DNA from: Patescibacteria group bacterium
GTDB taxonomy: Bacteria > Patescibacteriota > Saccharimonadia > Saccharimonadales > UBA4665
Assembly: GCA_030272735.1 (NCBI GenBank)
Contig: JARXKL010000001.1
Coordinates: 75,571 to 139,570 of the forward strand
Reading direction: 5' to 3'
Length of the DNA stretch: 64,000 nt
Shown here: in pieces, positions 52,140 through 62,038 of the stretch
Layout: each line of letters opens with the position of its first letter
Position numbering within the stretch: position 1 is the stretch's first letter
Notes under the pieces: generated by a model
Seen by the model: the letters and a program-made list of their open reading frames with translations, nothing else
Told to the model about the DNA's origin: nothing
The model's database searches: none
Position numbers and translations under genes: made by a program

Positions 52140-53093
52140 CTAAAGCTCCAACTCTGCTAACTTTTCTTTAACTTCATCAAGAGCTTTACTACCGAAACCT
52201 TTAAGGTCGCGGAGTTCAGCGTCATTCAGGGCAAACAGGTCACGAATAGTGTGGATATCGTTGTTGATGAGGGCATTGGTAGTACGTGCAGACAGGTTAA
52301 GGTCTTCAATAGATGTGCTCAAAGCTGTAGACTCGTCGCCGATCATATCTGAACCAAACTCGTCATTGTTAGAAGTGTTGTCGCTGACAGGTTCTGCAGC
52401 AGAAACGCGGGTTTTTCCGGCAAGTGCAGTGTACTGGTTAACAAGAACTGCTGATGCTTCTTCGAATGCATCTTGAGGAGTGATCGAACCGTCGGTTTCA
52501 ACAGTGATCAGCAAACGGTCGAGGTCTGTTGCCTGGCCGACACGGGTGTTCTCAACCTTGTAACGTACGCGCACAACTGGGCTGAAGATCGCATCAACAG
52601 CGACCATGTCGCTGGGCTTTTTAGCAGCAACTTCTTCGATGGTACGGTAGCCGCGTCCGACTTCGACGATGAGGTCGATGACGAGTTTAGCTTTAGCATC
52701 ATCAATAGTTGCAATGACGTGGTCAGGGTTTACGATTTCTACATCAGCATTGGTTTCAATGTCTTTTGCGGTAACAGGACCTTTACCACTCTTAGTAATG
52801 CGAAGGGTTTGTGATTCGCCGCCGTATATACGGAAACGAACACCTTTGAGGTTCATCATGATGTCGACGACGTCTTCCTTGATACCGCTTACAGCAGTGA
52901 ATTCGTGCGTGACACCTTCGATTTTGAATGATGTTACAGCAGCACCGGAAATGCTCGAGAGCAATACACGGCGAAGGCTGTTACCCAGTGTCATACCGTA
53001 ACCACTGTGAAGTGGTTCGATGGCGAAGGTAGCGCTGGTTGCGCTGTGATCGTCAACTTTGACGATACCTGGAGTGTGAATGATATTTGACAT
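52140..53093 (-). CDS. rpoA: DNA-directed RNA polymerase subunit alpha
   Basis: N-terminal domain (GYGMTLGNSLRRVLLSS) and C-terminal domain (LNLSARTTNAL). Confidence 0.97.
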   Translation of the reverse strand: MSNIIHTPGIVKVDDHSATSATFAIEPLHSGYGMTLGNSLRRVLLSSISGAAVTSFKIEGVTHEFTAVSGIKEDVVDIMMNLKGVRFRIYGGESQTLRITKSGKGPVTAKDIETNADVEIVNPDHVIATIDDAKAKLVIDLIVEVGRGYRTIEEVAAKKPSDMVAVDAIFSPVVRVRYKVENTRVGQATDLDRLLITVETDGSITPQDAFEEASAVLVNQYTALAGKTRVSAAEPVSDNTSNNDEFGSDMIGDESTALSTSIEDLNLSARTTNALINNDIHTIRDLFALNDAELRDLKGFGSKALDEVKEKLAELEL

Positions 53094-53112
53094 GGCGAGT
53101 GGTGCTCCTTCT

Positions 53113-53736
53113 TTAGCGTGAATAGTACTCTACGATTAGTTGCTCATTAATTTCCAGTTCAGCGTCTTCTCGCGCAGGAGTGCCGGTTATTGAAACCGAT
53201 ACTTTTTTGCGATCAACTTTTAACCAACCTGGGGTTTCACTTGGGACGGGACTGACTTCATCAAGTTTCTTGAAATACTCAGTTTTAAGAGCATGGGGAC
53301 GAGCAGTAAGAACGTCTCCAGGCTTTAAACGAATAGACGGAATGTCGACACGGGTGTCATTGAGTAGGAAGTGGCCATGGGTAACTAACTGTCTTGCTGC
53401 ACGACGACTTGGGGCGAATCCTGCGCGGTACACGGCGTTATCTGCACGCTGCTCTAAATACTGCAACAGGTTTTGACCAGACTGACCTTGGCGCTTGGTA
53501 GCTTCTTTCATGAGGTTGCTGAATTGCTTTTCAAGTAAACCGTATAAACGCTTTACCTTTTGCTTTTCGCGCAGCTGCAATGAATACTGGCTGGCTTTGC
53601 TGTTACGTCCACCACGGGCGTTCGGGTTTGCACCAGGCATTCCAGTTCGCTTAACGAGGGCTTTGTGCGCCTTCGGATGCAGCGCATAGCCTTCTCGGCG
53701 GCTCATTTTAACAATAGATTGACGATCTCGAGCCAT
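53113..53736 (-). CDS. rpsD: 30S ribosomal protein S4
   Basis: LQLREKQKVKRLYG and an S4 RNA-binding domain. Confidence 0.97.
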   Translation of the reverse strand: MARDRQSIVKMSRREGYALHPKAHKALVKRTGMPGANPNARGGRNSKASQYSLQLREKQKVKRLYGLLEKQFSNLMKEATKRQGQSGQNLLQYLEQRADNAVYRAGFAPSRRAARQLVTHGHFLLNDTRVDIPSIRLKPGDVLTARPHALKTEYFKKLDEVSPVPSETPGWLKVDRKKVSVSITGTPAREDAELEINEQLIVEYYSR

Positions 53737-53738
53737 GG

Positions 53739-54131
53739 TTAGATCCTCCGTGCTTTCTTAGGACGTACGCCACCGTGCGGAACACCGGTAACATCCTTGA
53801 TAGTTTCTACGGCAATATCCATACCAGCTAGTACGCGAACTGCAGCATCGCGGCCGAGTCCGATTCCTTTAATGAACACTTCTGCGCGGTTGAAACCATA
53901 TTGTTGCTTTGCAGCGGTAGCTGCGCGCTCTGCGGCAACCTGGGCTGCATAGGCCGTACCTTTTTTGGAACCACGGAAACCACATGCACCTGAGCTAGAA
54001 GCGGTCAGTTTATTGCCGCTACCATCAGTAAAGGTGATGATGGTGTTATTGAAGGTTGCTTGCACGTGGACTTGGCCACTGCTAACAACGCGTTTAGCTT
54101 TTTTCTTCTTGGATTGTGTTGCTTCTGCCAT
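53739..54131 (-). CDS. rpsK: 30S ribosomal protein S11
   Basis: GFRGSKKGTAYAAQ and DVTGVPHGG.RP.K.RR motifs. Confidence 0.97.
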   Translation of the reverse strand: MAEATQSKKKKAKRVVSSGQVHVQATFNNTIITFTDGSGNKLTASSSGACGFRGSKKGTAYAAQVAAERAATAAKQQYGFNRAEVFIKGIGLGRDAAVRVLAGMDIAVETIKDVTGVPHGGVRPKKARRI

Positions 54132-54149
54132 AAATATATTTCCTCAGAC

Positions 54150-54536
54150 CTAAGTCTTAGATGCTACCTTCTTAGCGGTTCCACCAACAGTTGATTTCTT
54201 ACCACGACGGGTACGGGCGTTGGTTTTGGTGCGTTGTCCACGAGATGGCAAATTCTGACTGTGGCGCATGCCACGGTAAGACTTGATCTCTTTTAAGCGC
54301 TTAATATTGCCACTTACAATACGCTGTAATTCGCCTTCTACAACGAGGTCGGCGTTTATTACGTCTTGAATGCGAGCAATCTCGGCATCAGTCAGCTTTT
54401 CAACGCGTGCAGTAGTCTCAACCTTAGCTGCGGTTAAAATGTCGAGCGAAGTTTTTTCGCCAATGCCGTAGACGTAAGTCAATGCGACCCAGATCTGCTT
54501 CTTGGCTGGAATGGTTACACCAGAAATTCTTGCCAT
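54150..54536 (-). CDS. rpsM: 30S ribosomal protein S13
   Basis: MARISGVTIP...YRG.RH...LP.RGQRT.TNART. Confidence 0.97.
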   Translation of the reverse strand: MARISGVTIPAKKQIWVALTYVYGIGEKTSLDILTAAKVETTARVEKLTDAEIARIQDVINADLVVEGELQRIVSGNIKRLKEIKSYRGMRHSQNLPSRGQRTKTNARTRRGKKSTVGGTAKKVASKT

Positions 54537-54538
54537 GT

Positions 54539-54655
54539 TTAACCCTGCCTCTGCTTATGCTTAGGTTTCAATTTATTGATAACGTACAAACGCCCTTTGC
54601 GACGAACAATCTTGTCGTCTGGACTGATTTTTTTAACACTAGCACGCACCTTCAT
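54539..54655 (-). CDS. rpmJ: 50S ribosomal protein L36 (Cys-less form); not in the ORF track
   Basis: Own translation: [50 protein letters not shown]. Sits between infA and rpsM as expected. Confidence 0.9.
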   Translation of the reverse strand: MKVRASVKKISPDDKIVRRKGRLYVINKLKPKHKQRQG

Positions 54656-54830
54656 GCGGATCATCCTTTCATGTCGGAGTGACACACTGCTTAAATTTAT
54701 TATAAAATTTACTAACAATTTTTAAGTAGGGCGGCTTTGGATGATTTGGGAAGCCCGTAAGCGAGTCGTACTAGATGTACGACGAGTGCGGACTGGACCA
54801 GATCGCCAGAGAAGTGCTACTAAAAAATTG

Positions 54831-55052
54831 TTAAGACTTGCGATAGGTGATTCTGCCCTTAGTAAGATCATAAGGGGTCAACTCAACCGTAACGCTATCA
54901 CCGGGGACAATCCTGATAAAGTGCTTTCGCATTTTACCGGCAACATGAGCTATGATTTTATGGCCGTTTTCGAGCTCTACGCGAAACTGAGTCCCTGGTA
55001 AGGTCTCAATAATTGTGCCGGTAAGCTCGATTACTTCTTTATTAACTGCCAT
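54831..55052 (-). CDS. infA: translation initiation factor IF-1
   Basis: 73 aa S1-like OB fold. [35 protein letters not shown]. Confidence 0.97.
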   Translation of the reverse strand: MAVNKEVIELTGTIIETLPGTQFRVELENGHKIIAHVAGKMRKHFIRIVPGDSVTVELTPYDLTKGRITYRKS

Positions 55053-55110
55053 AAATATAACTAAGGTCTAACTATAGCACGCAATACAACATTTTGTAAA
55101 GTGTTTTTTA

Positions 55111-56619
55111 TTATTTGCTCTTCTTAGAACGATCTAATAATCGACGGCCAAATTTGAGGCGTCGACTGCCTGGTGAAGCAGCAGCTTCAGTATCTGTTGT
55201 GTCGTAGAAAAAGTCGGGCTGTGAGTACTGATCGTATGTAACCATCAAGGAGCGCGATTCAACTGCTCTCAGCGTCTGTAGTGCAACTGATACCAAGATC
55301 AAGACGCTGGTGCCGCCGATAGCAATACTCTGGTTGACGAATAGTTGTCCGATAATTGGGAATAGTGCTAATAAACCTAGGCTGAGCGCACCAAAGAATG
55401 TTAAGCGGTTAACGATACGGCTCAGATGCTTCTCGGTTTGCACTCCAGATCGTACGCCTTCTAAGAATCCACCCTGCTTCTGTAAGTTTTCGGCGATTTC
55501 CTGGGAGTTAAAGGTAATACTCGTATAGAAGAAGGTAAACGTGAAAACGAGCAAGAAGTATGTAACTGGATATATATAGGCCTGCCAACCCATAGTATGG
55601 AATGTCTGTGCAGACGGCGTCGTGAACCATGTAGTAAGATGCTTAGCGAATTCTGCGATACGGGCACTGTGGTTGCTACTGAGCAGCTGGCCAACGAAGC
55701 TCGGGACACTTAAGAACGCAACGGCGAAGATTATTGGAACTACTCCGGCAGTAATCAGTTTGACGGGAAGTACGGTTGTTATACCTCCATACGCTCGGTT
55801 GCCTTGCACACGTTTTGCATAGTTTACCGTCAGGTTACGTGACGCTTCATTGAGCATGACCACGAGATACGTCACTACAAGCACTGCGAAAGCTAATGCC
55901 ACGGCAGTTATGAGGGCATGCTTATTCAGCGGTAAGCTGTGACCAAAGGCCGTAATGTGATCTTTTTTGTTATATACAGAGCCAACAATTCTCGAGATCT
56001 GACCGGGCAATCCACTGACTATGCCAACGGTAATAAGCAGCGAAATACCGTTGCCGACGCTTTGCTCGGTTACGAGTTCACCCAGCCACATAAGCAGCAT
56101 TGAACCGCCAGAAAGAGCTGCAACCATTAGTATCCACTGTCCGGGAGTAGTATTTGCGGTAATATCTCCAATACCTCCGATGGACTGCGCCGCCTGACGT
56201 ATCAAATAAATTGAACCGATTGACTGAATAATTGACAACGGCAAGGTAAGCATGCGGGTGTATTGGTTAATTTTCTTCTGCCCAAACTCGCCTTCTTTAC
56301 GTAGGGCTTCGAGCTGCGGAATAGCTTTGGTGAGCAGTTGCATAATGATTGAGGCGTTAATGTATGGGCCGAGGCCAGCAATCATAATAGAGAAGTTAGC
56401 AAGAGCGCCGCCAGAAAGGACGTTGATAAAGCTCAAAAGCTGGGGAGTATTAGCTGAATTAAAAAGCTTCTGCAGTACCGTATGCAGGGTCTGAGGATCA
56501 GCTAACGGAACAGGAATATGTGCAAGTATACGGAAAATAAGTAAGACTGCGAGTACCACTAAAATGCGGCCGCGCATGTCTTTATGCGTTAGTGACTTCC
56601 CTATAATTTTCCAGTTCAT
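55111..56619 (-). CDS. secY: preprotein translocase subunit SecY
   Basis: 502 aa, 10 TM, with conserved GIMPYI-like (GLGPYINASIIMQLL) and TEQSVGNGISLLI regions. Confidence 0.97.
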   Translation of the reverse strand: MNWKIIGKSLTHKDMRGRILVVLAVLLIFRILAHIPVPLADPQTLHTVLQKLFNSANTPQLLSFINVLSGGALANFSIMIAGLGPYINASIIMQLLTKAIPQLEALRKEGEFGQKKINQYTRMLTLPLSIIQSIGSIYLIRQAAQSIGGIGDITANTTPGQWILMVAALSGGSMLLMWLGELVTEQSVGNGISLLITVGIVSGLPGQISRIVGSVYNKKDHITAFGHSLPLNKHALITAVALAFAVLVVTYLVVMLNEASRNLTVNYAKRVQGNRAYGGITTVLPVKLITAGVVPIIFAVAFLSVPSFVGQLLSSNHSARIAEFAKHLTTWFTTPSAQTFHTMGWQAYIYPVTYFLLVFTFTFFYTSITFNSQEIAENLQKQGGFLEGVRSGVQTEKHLSRIVNRLTFFGALSLGLLALFPIIGQLFVNQSIAIGGTSVLILVSVALQTLRAVESRSLMVTYDQYSQPDFFYDTTDTEAAASPGSRRLKFGRRLLDRSKKSK

Positions 56620-56689
56620 GTTTCTCTCAAATCAGTTTCAACAAGTAATACCAACAGTATGCCATAAACTGCTGCCTAGATGAAGCAAT

Positions 56690-57037
56690 TTATGCTGTTT
56701 TAATAGACTTCATAGCACGTAAGGTATCCGGAACGGCCGTACGAGGCACGATACCATTATGAAAAGTAACTGTATGACCTTTATCCTTAAATGCCTTATA
56801 TGCACCATAAATAATGGTGTTCCCAAGGTAGTACAGATATTCATTAGATTCTAATGGAAATTGGAATTCTGTTGACTCGTTGCCTAGGTAATCGTTACGA
56901 GGAGTCCAGTTATACGGGTTTGGCGCAATGTTACATAGTTCACGCGCCAGTTCTGGGTCAATTACCGGCGGCTCAACTGTAAGCGCCGCATGTAAACCCT
57001 CGCTGTACACAGATATAACGGCGTGAAACTCAGACAT
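56690..57037 (-). CDS. hypothetical 115-aa protein inserted between rplO and secY
   Basis: The ATG is 2 nt after the rplO stop (translational coupling likely). No recognisable family. Confidence 0.55.
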   Translation of the reverse strand: MSEFHAVISVYSEGLHAALTVEPPVIDPELARELCNIAPNPYNWTPRNDYLGNESTEFQFPLESNEYLYYLGNTIIYGAYKAFKDKGHTVTFHNGIVPRTAVPDTLRAMKSIKTA

Positions 57038-57039
57038 GG

Positions 57040-57531
57040 TTACTTCTTAGATGACTTATTCTTTGCAGCTTGCTTGTCGCTGGTCTGAGGGCGGCTCAGG
57101 CGGGCAGTTTTTTCGAATGTTCCGCCGGCAGCTTCGATTGCTGCAATGGCTGTTTGACTTGCGGCAGGAAGTTTTACGGTAAATTTCTTTGTAAGATCAC
57201 CTTTAACTATGAGCTTTACGGTAACAAAAGGATTACTAATCACTCCGGCTTGCGCCAAGACATTTGCATCCACTGTGCCAGTGAACTGCTCTAGTTGACC
57301 AGTTGTGATGTTTTCGGCTGGTGTGCGATGGCTGGTAAAGCCGGGTAGCTTTGGCAGTTTCTGCATCAGTGGGTTTTGACCACCGGCGAAACCTGGTTTT
57401 GCGCTTGAACCAGTACGGGACTTCTGCCCTTTAGTACCACGACCAGCAGTTTTACCTTGTCCAGCGGCAATACCGCGTCCAACACGGTTGCCCTGCTTTT
57501 TCTTGATAGTGTTTAATTCGTGATATTTCAT
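57040..57531 (-). CDS. rplO: 50S ribosomal protein L15
   Basis: RVGRGIAAGQGKTAGRGTKGQKSR motif. Confidence 0.97.
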   Translation of the reverse strand: MKYHELNTIKKKQGNRVGRGIAAGQGKTAGRGTKGQKSRTGSSAKPGFAGGQNPLMQKLPKLPGFTSHRTPAENITTGQLEQFTGTVDANVLAQAGVISNPFVTVKLIVKGDLTKKFTVKLPAASQTAIAAIEAAGGTFEKTARLSRPQTSDKQAAKNKSSKK

Positions 57532-58160
57532 TATTTTGCCTCTACCTTTTCGGCTTTTGCTTTTTTTGTAGCCTTAACTTTGTTGGTTGTTGTGACCCAT
57601 TTGCTTGCTGGAACAAGGCTTTGAAGTGCTTCAATAGTTGCATATGCAGTGTTCGTCTTATTGGTAGAACCAAGTGACTTGCTTAGTGCGTTCTTAACAC
57701 CGGCTACTTCGAGAATGGTTCGCACTACACCTCCGGCAATAAGACCGGTACCAGCTGCTGCTGGCTTCAGTAGAATATGCGCGCCAGAAACTTTTTTCTC
57801 TACTTCGTGAGGGAATGTGCCTTTATATAAAGATACATCAATGAAATTCTTCTTAGCGACTTCTGTAGCCTTTGTGATTGCTGCGGTTACGTCAGCGCCT
57901 TTAGCGGTACCGACACCAACTTTATGCTTGCGATCACCAACAACAACGAGTGCGCGAAAACGGAACCGACGTCCGCCCTTTACCACGCGAGCAACACGGT
58001 CAATGTGCAAGGTGCGCTCGTCGAATTGCTTCTCTTCTTGAGGCATTTCAGGACGACGTCCACGGCCGCCTTGGCCACCGCGCTGAGGACCGCCTGAACG
58101 ACCCTGCTGAGGTGCGTTAGCAGCTGCAGGTGTTTGTGCTTGGGGATTTTGATCTGCCAT
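57531..58160 (-). CDS. rpsE: 30S ribosomal protein S5 (Gln/Gly/Arg-rich N-terminal extension)
   Basis: Start trimmed to MADQNPQ (ATG at 58160). Core RVVKGGRRFRFRALVVVGD. The stop overlaps the rplO start by 1 nt. Confidence 0.95.
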   Translation of the reverse strand: MADQNPQAQTPAAANAPQQGRSGGPQRGGQGGRGRRPEMPQEEKQFDERTLHIDRVARVVKGGRRFRFRALVVVGDRKHKVGVGTAKGADVTAAITKATEVAKKNFIDVSLYKGTFPHEVEKKVSGAHILLKPAAAGTGLIAGGVVRTILEVAGVKNALSKSLGSTNKTNTAYATIEALQSLVPASKWVTTTNKVKATKKAKAEKVEAK

Positions 58161-58161
58161 A

Positions 58162-58521
58162 TTAGAACTCCAGTCCTGCTTTACGAGCGGCATCAGCGAG
58201 TGCTGCAACTCGGCCGTGGTAGATTTTGCCACCGCGGTCGAAAACGACAGCATTTACTTTAGCAGCCTTGGCTTGCTTTGCGATTTCAGTTCCAACCCAC
58301 TGAGCTTTTTCAGTCTTCGTGCCGGTTGCTTCTTTCGCTCCAACGGTACTGACATAACCAAGTGTCTTGTGCTGGGTATCATCAATAAGTTGCGCTGTAA
58401 TGTGCATATTACTAATGAATATGCTCAAACGAGGACGCTTTGGCGTACCGCTCACAACTGAGCGAATACGACCTTTGCGCAGTGCGCGGTTCTGTAGTTT
58501 CTTAGCTAATACTTTACTCAT
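58162..58521 (-). CDS. rplR: 50S ribosomal protein L18
   Basis: [18 protein letters not shown]...[13 protein letters not shown]. Confidence 0.97.
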   Translation of the reverse strand: MSKVLAKKLQNRALRKGRIRSVVSGTPKRPRLSIFISNMHITAQLIDDTQHKTLGYVSTVGAKEATGTKTEKAQWVGTEIAKQAKAAKVNAVVFDRGGKIYHGRVAALADAARKAGLEF

Positions 58522-58523
58522 AA

Positions 58524-59063
58524 TTATTTATCCTTACCGCTCTTACCAGACTTGCGGATAATGCGCTCGCCTTCGTACTTAATGCCTTTGCCCTTATATG
58601 GCTCTGGCTTCTTTAATGCGCGAATTTCTGCAGCAACTTGGCCCACCTGCTGTTTACTGATCCCGGTAACTGTAATGCTGGTGCCTTCAATTTTGGTAGA
58701 AACATTCGAGGGAACTTTGAAGATAACATCATGTGAGAAACCGAGGTTTAGCTTAAGATCGGTGCCTTGTGCAGCGACACGGTAACCAACACCATTGATT
58801 TCAAGCTTCTTGCTAAAGCCAACAGTCACGCCGGTCACCATATTCATGATCAGAGCGCGCATTAAGCCGTGCTTAGCGCGGTTCTTAGGTTCATCATTTT
58901 CACGAGTAACCGTTAATTCATTGTCTTTGATCGCGACCGTAACACCGGGCATGGTAAATTGCTTCAACGTGCCCTTGCTACCGGTAACGGTAACTTCAGC
59001 ATCGTCGACAGTGATTGTCACACCGCTCGGGATTGCGATCGGCAGTTTTCCTATACGACTCAT
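58524..59063 (-). CDS. rplF: 50S ribosomal protein L6
   Basis: [15 protein letters not shown]...GVGYRV. Confidence 0.97.
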   Translation of the reverse strand: MSRIGKLPIAIPSGVTITVDDAEVTVTGSKGTLKQFTMPGVTVAIKDNELTVTRENDEPKNRAKHGLMRALIMNMVTGVTVGFSKKLEINGVGYRVAAQGTDLKLNLGFSHDVIFKVPSNVSTKIEGTSITVTGISKQQVGQVAAEIRALKKPEPYKGKGIKYEGERIIRKSGKSGKDK

Positions 59064-59082
59064 AGTAGTTCCTTATTATTCC

Positions 59083-59490
59083 TTAATAGATCTTACAAAT
59101 TAATTCGCCACCAATTTTTTGGGCCTTGGCTTTGTCGCCAGTCATCAAACCTTTGGAGGTTGAGATGATGACGATTCCGCGACCGCGCTTCACGACAGGG
59201 ATTTCCTTAGCGTTGACGTAGTAACGGCGGCCAGGCTTGCTCAAGCGGACGATTTCACTAATGCGGGCATTACTATTCTCGCCGTTAATGGTGAGTTTCA
59301 TCGTTTTGCCGGGTGCATTGGTATTGTCAGCGACGTTAACGCCATCGATGAAGTTGCTTTCCTTCAGTAGCCGGGCAACAGCTTCTTTTATACTGCTGTG
59401 CGGTAGTGTTACTTCATGCTTGCTAACAAGTATGGCATTACGAATGCGAGTTAGCATATCTGCGATTGGATCGGTTGTAGTAGTACTCAT
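59083..59490 (-). CDS. rpsH: 30S ribosomal protein S8
   Basis: DPIADMLTRIRNA...GGELICKIY. Confidence 0.97.
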   Translation of the reverse strand: MSTTTTDPIADMLTRIRNAILVSKHEVTLPHSSIKEAVARLLKESNFIDGVNVADNTNAPGKTMKLTINGENSNARISEIVRLSKPGRRYYVNAKEIPVVKRGRGIVIISTSKGLMTGDKAKAQKIGGELICKIY

Positions 59491-59500
59491 ATATATATTC

Positions 59501-59770
59501 CTACCAGCTCGACTTTGTTACACCAGGGATTTCGCCCTTGCTTGCATGTTCACGGAAACTGATTCTAGACAAACCAAACTGACGCATAAAAGCACGCGGG
59601 CGGCCTGTTTCAATACACCGGTTGGTGCGGCGTGTTGGGCTCGAATTGCGTGGTAATTTCGCCAAACCTTCTAAATCACCGAGCTCTTTGAGCTCAGCGC
59701 GCTTTGCAGCATACTTTTCAATCATCACTATACGCTTCTTGTCGCGAGCTATATTAGATTTACGAGCCAT
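59501..59770 (-). CDS. rpsN: 30S ribosomal protein S14 (long, non-zinc form)
   Basis: Start trimmed to [13 protein letters not shown] (ATG at 59770). 89 aa with no CxxC pairs. Confidence 0.93.
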   Translation of the reverse strand: MARKSNIARDKKRIVMIEKYAAKRAELKELGDLEGLAKLPRNSSPTRRTNRCIETGRPRAFMRQFGLSRISFREHASKGEIPGVTKSSW

Positions 59771-59771
59771 G

Positions 59772-60371
59772 TTATTTGTCCTCCTTCTCAAAAGGCATGC
59801 CAAACTTCTCTAGGAGAACGCGGGCATGGGCTTGTTTAGCACATTTAATTACGAATACTAATTGCATACCGTGTGGGTGGGTAGTTTCCTCAAACGTTAG
59901 TTCAGGAAATACTGACTGATCTACTAGACCAAGGCTAAAGTTACCTTGTTTATCAAAAGCTGTAGCGCTGACACCGTGGAAGTCACGAAGGCGCGGCAGA
60001 ACAATGTTAATGATGCGGTCAGTGAATTCGTACATGCGATCGCCACGAAGAGTAACTTTGAGGCCAATTTTATTGCCTTCACGAAGTTTGAAACCAGCTA
60101 TTGAATTCTTTGCAATGGTTTCCTGTGGTTGTTGGCCGGTAATTTTGCGTACAGTATTCATAGCCACTTCCATTTGCTTCTTATCGTCTTTTGCGCGGCC
60201 TAAGCCAACATTTACGACGATCTTTTCGAGCTTCGGGACCTGGTGAATGTTAGACAATCCCAAGTCTTTCATGAGCTCTTTGGTCCAGGTATCGTTGTAA
60301 GCGACCCGGAGACGAGCACCAGTATCGACTGTAGTCTTTGCGGTCTTATCGGGTTTGGTTGCAGTAGCCAT
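59772..60371 (-). CDS. rplE: 50S ribosomal protein L5
   Basis: Conserved L5 core (GQQP..T.AK.SIA.FKLREG..IG.KVTLRG). Confidence 0.97.
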   Translation of the reverse strand: MATATKPDKTAKTTVDTGARLRVAYNDTWTKELMKDLGLSNIHQVPKLEKIVVNVGLGRAKDDKKQMEVAMNTVRKITGQQPQETIAKNSIAGFKLREGNKIGLKVTLRGDRMYEFTDRIINIVLPRLRDFHGVSATAFDKQGNFSLGLVDQSVFPELTFEETTHPHGMQLVFVIKCAKQAHARVLLEKFGMPFEKEDK

Positions 60372-60709
60372 TACTTGATCTCCTTTCCGGATTTCTTAAA
60401 TATACGTGTTTTGTTGCCATCTTTATCGATGCTGTAGCCGATGCGGCTGGGTTTTTTACTCGTAGGTTCAACAATAGCGACCTTACTGACCCAAATAGGC
60501 TTAGTGATCTCAATAATGCCACCTTGTGGGTGTTGCTGATTTGGCTTCTGATGCTTTTTTACAATATTGATTCCATCAACAGTTACTTTGTTTTCCTGAG
60601 GATGCGTGGCAGAAACTTTGCCCGTCTGGCCTTTTTGCTTTCCAGCAAGTACAACGACGGTATCACCTTTCTTGATGCGAATCTTAAAGATTTTAGTTGA
60701 TACGCTCAT
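60371..60709 (-). CDS. rplX: 50S ribosomal protein L24
   Basis: KOW motif IKKGDTVVVLAGK.KG.TG. Confidence 0.97.
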   Translation of the reverse strand: MSVSTKIFKIRIKKGDTVVVLAGKQKGQTGKVSATHPQENKVTVDGINIVKKHQKPNQQHPQGGIIEITKPIWVSKVAIVEPTSKKPSRIGYSIDKDGNKTRIFKKSGKEIK

Positions 60710-61077
60710 TATAGAACCTCCGGTGCCAGTGAAACGATTTTGGCATAGCCTTGATCACGAAGTTCGCGTGGAACAGGACCGAAAATACGTGTGCCACGTG
60801 GCAACTTTTCATCGTTTAGAATTACAGCTGCATTGTCATCAAACTTGATAGTTGAGCCATCTTTACGGCGAATAGTATTACGGGTGCGAACAACTACTGC
60901 ACGTATAACAGACTTCTTTTTAACTTGTCCGTTTGGAGCAGCTTGCTTAACGGTAGCGACGATAATATCACCGACGCCAGCGTAACGCTTGCGGCTTCCG
61001 CCTAGCACGCGAATGCAAAGTATTTCTTTAGCACCGCTGTTATCGCAGACGAGTAAGCGTGATTCTTGTTGTATCAT
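60709..61077 (-). CDS. rplN: 50S ribosomal protein L14
   Basis: [23 protein letters not shown]. Confidence 0.98.
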   Translation of the reverse strand: MIQQESRLLVCDNSGAKEILCIRVLGGSRKRYAGVGDIIVATVKQAAPNGQVKKKSVIRAVVVRTRNTIRRKDGSTIKFDDNAAVILNDEKLPRGTRIFGPVPRELRDQGYAKIVSLAPEVL

Positions 61078-61421
61078 TACGCTTCCTCGCTCTCGTCTTC
61101 TACGATTGCAGCCTTAGACTTGCTGGCAGGTTGTGCGGCTTCGTCTTCAGTCTTCGTGATCTTCAACGAGTCTTCACGGAGCACAGGCTTTTCGATAATC
61201 TGGTTTAGTTTGTGGTGCTTGCGAGCACTCAATGGGCGGGTCTCAACAATAGAAACTTTGTCACCGACTTCGGCTTCATTGTTTTCATCATGCGCCATGA
61301 ATTTGCTCGTAACCGTATATTGCTTACGGTACAGCGGATGGGTTTTGCGTGTCGAAACCGTCACAACGATAGTTTTATCGCCCTTATTGGAGGACACGAC
61401 ACCTACGATTTGCTTTGCCAT
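61077..61421 (-). CDS. rpsQ: 30S ribosomal protein S17 (acidic C-terminal extension)
   Basis: [15 protein letters not shown]......HP.Y.K core, then about 30 extra C-terminal residues. Confidence 0.95.
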   Translation of the reverse strand: MAKQIVGVVSSNKGDKTIVVTVSTRKTHPLYRKQYTVTSKFMAHDENNEAEVGDKVSIVETRPLSARKHHKLNQIIEKPVLREDSLKITKTEDEAAQPASKSKAAIVEDESEEA

Positions 61422-61621
61422 TATTTGGCCTCCTTAATTAGGGCTTCACTGAGAATAGTCAACATGCGAGCTAGGTCTTTGCGCTTCCCGCGGATAACGC
61501 GGACGTTTTGGACTTCACCCATATGCAAGCGACGCTTCAGTTCAGCTATTTCTTCTCGTACTTTTGTCGTCTCGGTGGTGAGCTGGGCAGTACTCAATTT
61601 GCGTATTTCTGCGACTTTCAT
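61421..61621 (-). CDS. rpmC: 50S ribosomal protein L29
   Basis: 66 aa. EIRKLS..QL......REE...L. pattern and operon position. Confidence 0.95.
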   Translation of the reverse strand: MKVAEIRKLSTAQLTTETTKVREEIAELKRRLHMGEVQNVRVIRGKRKDLARMLTILSEALIKEAK

Positions 61622-61623
61622 GA

Positions 61624-62037
61624 TTATGCCTCCTCTCTTACCAAGAACTTGGTCTTAACGGGCAGTTTATGTGCGGCTAACCGCATTGCTTCACGTGCTA
61701 CGTCCTCTGGTACACCCTGCATTTCAAACATGATGGTACCGGCGTGAACCTTTGCGACGTAAAACTCTGGGTTACCTTTTCCGCTACCCATTTTTACGTC
61801 TTGAGGCTTACGAGTGACTGGAGTGTGTGGGAAAATTCGGATCCAGATTTTACCACCGCGCTTAATGTGGCGAGTCATAGCTTGACGAGAAGCTTCAATT
61901 TGGCGGGCAGTAATGCGCTCGTTGCCTTGCGCCTGTAATGCGTATTGGCCAAAGGCAATGTAGTTGCCGCTAGTAGCGACGCCACGTATCTTGCCCTTCC
62001 GCACCTTGCGGTGCTTTTGTCGTTTTGGCATCAACAT
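61624..62037 (-). CDS. rplP: 50S ribosomal protein L16
   Basis: Start trimmed to [11 protein letters not shown] (ATG at 62037). The ORF-track extension overlaps rpsC. Confidence 0.95.
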   Translation of the reverse strand: MLMPKRQKHRKVRKGKIRGVATSGNYIAFGQYALQAQGNERITARQIEASRQAMTRHIKRGGKIWIRIFPHTPVTRKPQDVKMGSGKGNPEFYVAKVHAGTIMFEMQGVPEDVAREAMRLAAHKLPVKTKFLVREEA

Positions 62038-62038
62038 G

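Noticed and set aside
54656-54830. 175-nt infA-rpmJ spacer with a 7-bp hairpin (GUCGUAC-AUCUA-GUACGAC) and a perfect TATAAT at 54699-54704 (minus strand)
   Set aside because: It is probably just an internal promoter for rpmJ-rpsM-rpsK-rpsD-rpoA-rplQ. There is no U tract after the hairpin and no alternative pairing, so nothing beyond a routine operon boundary can be supported.
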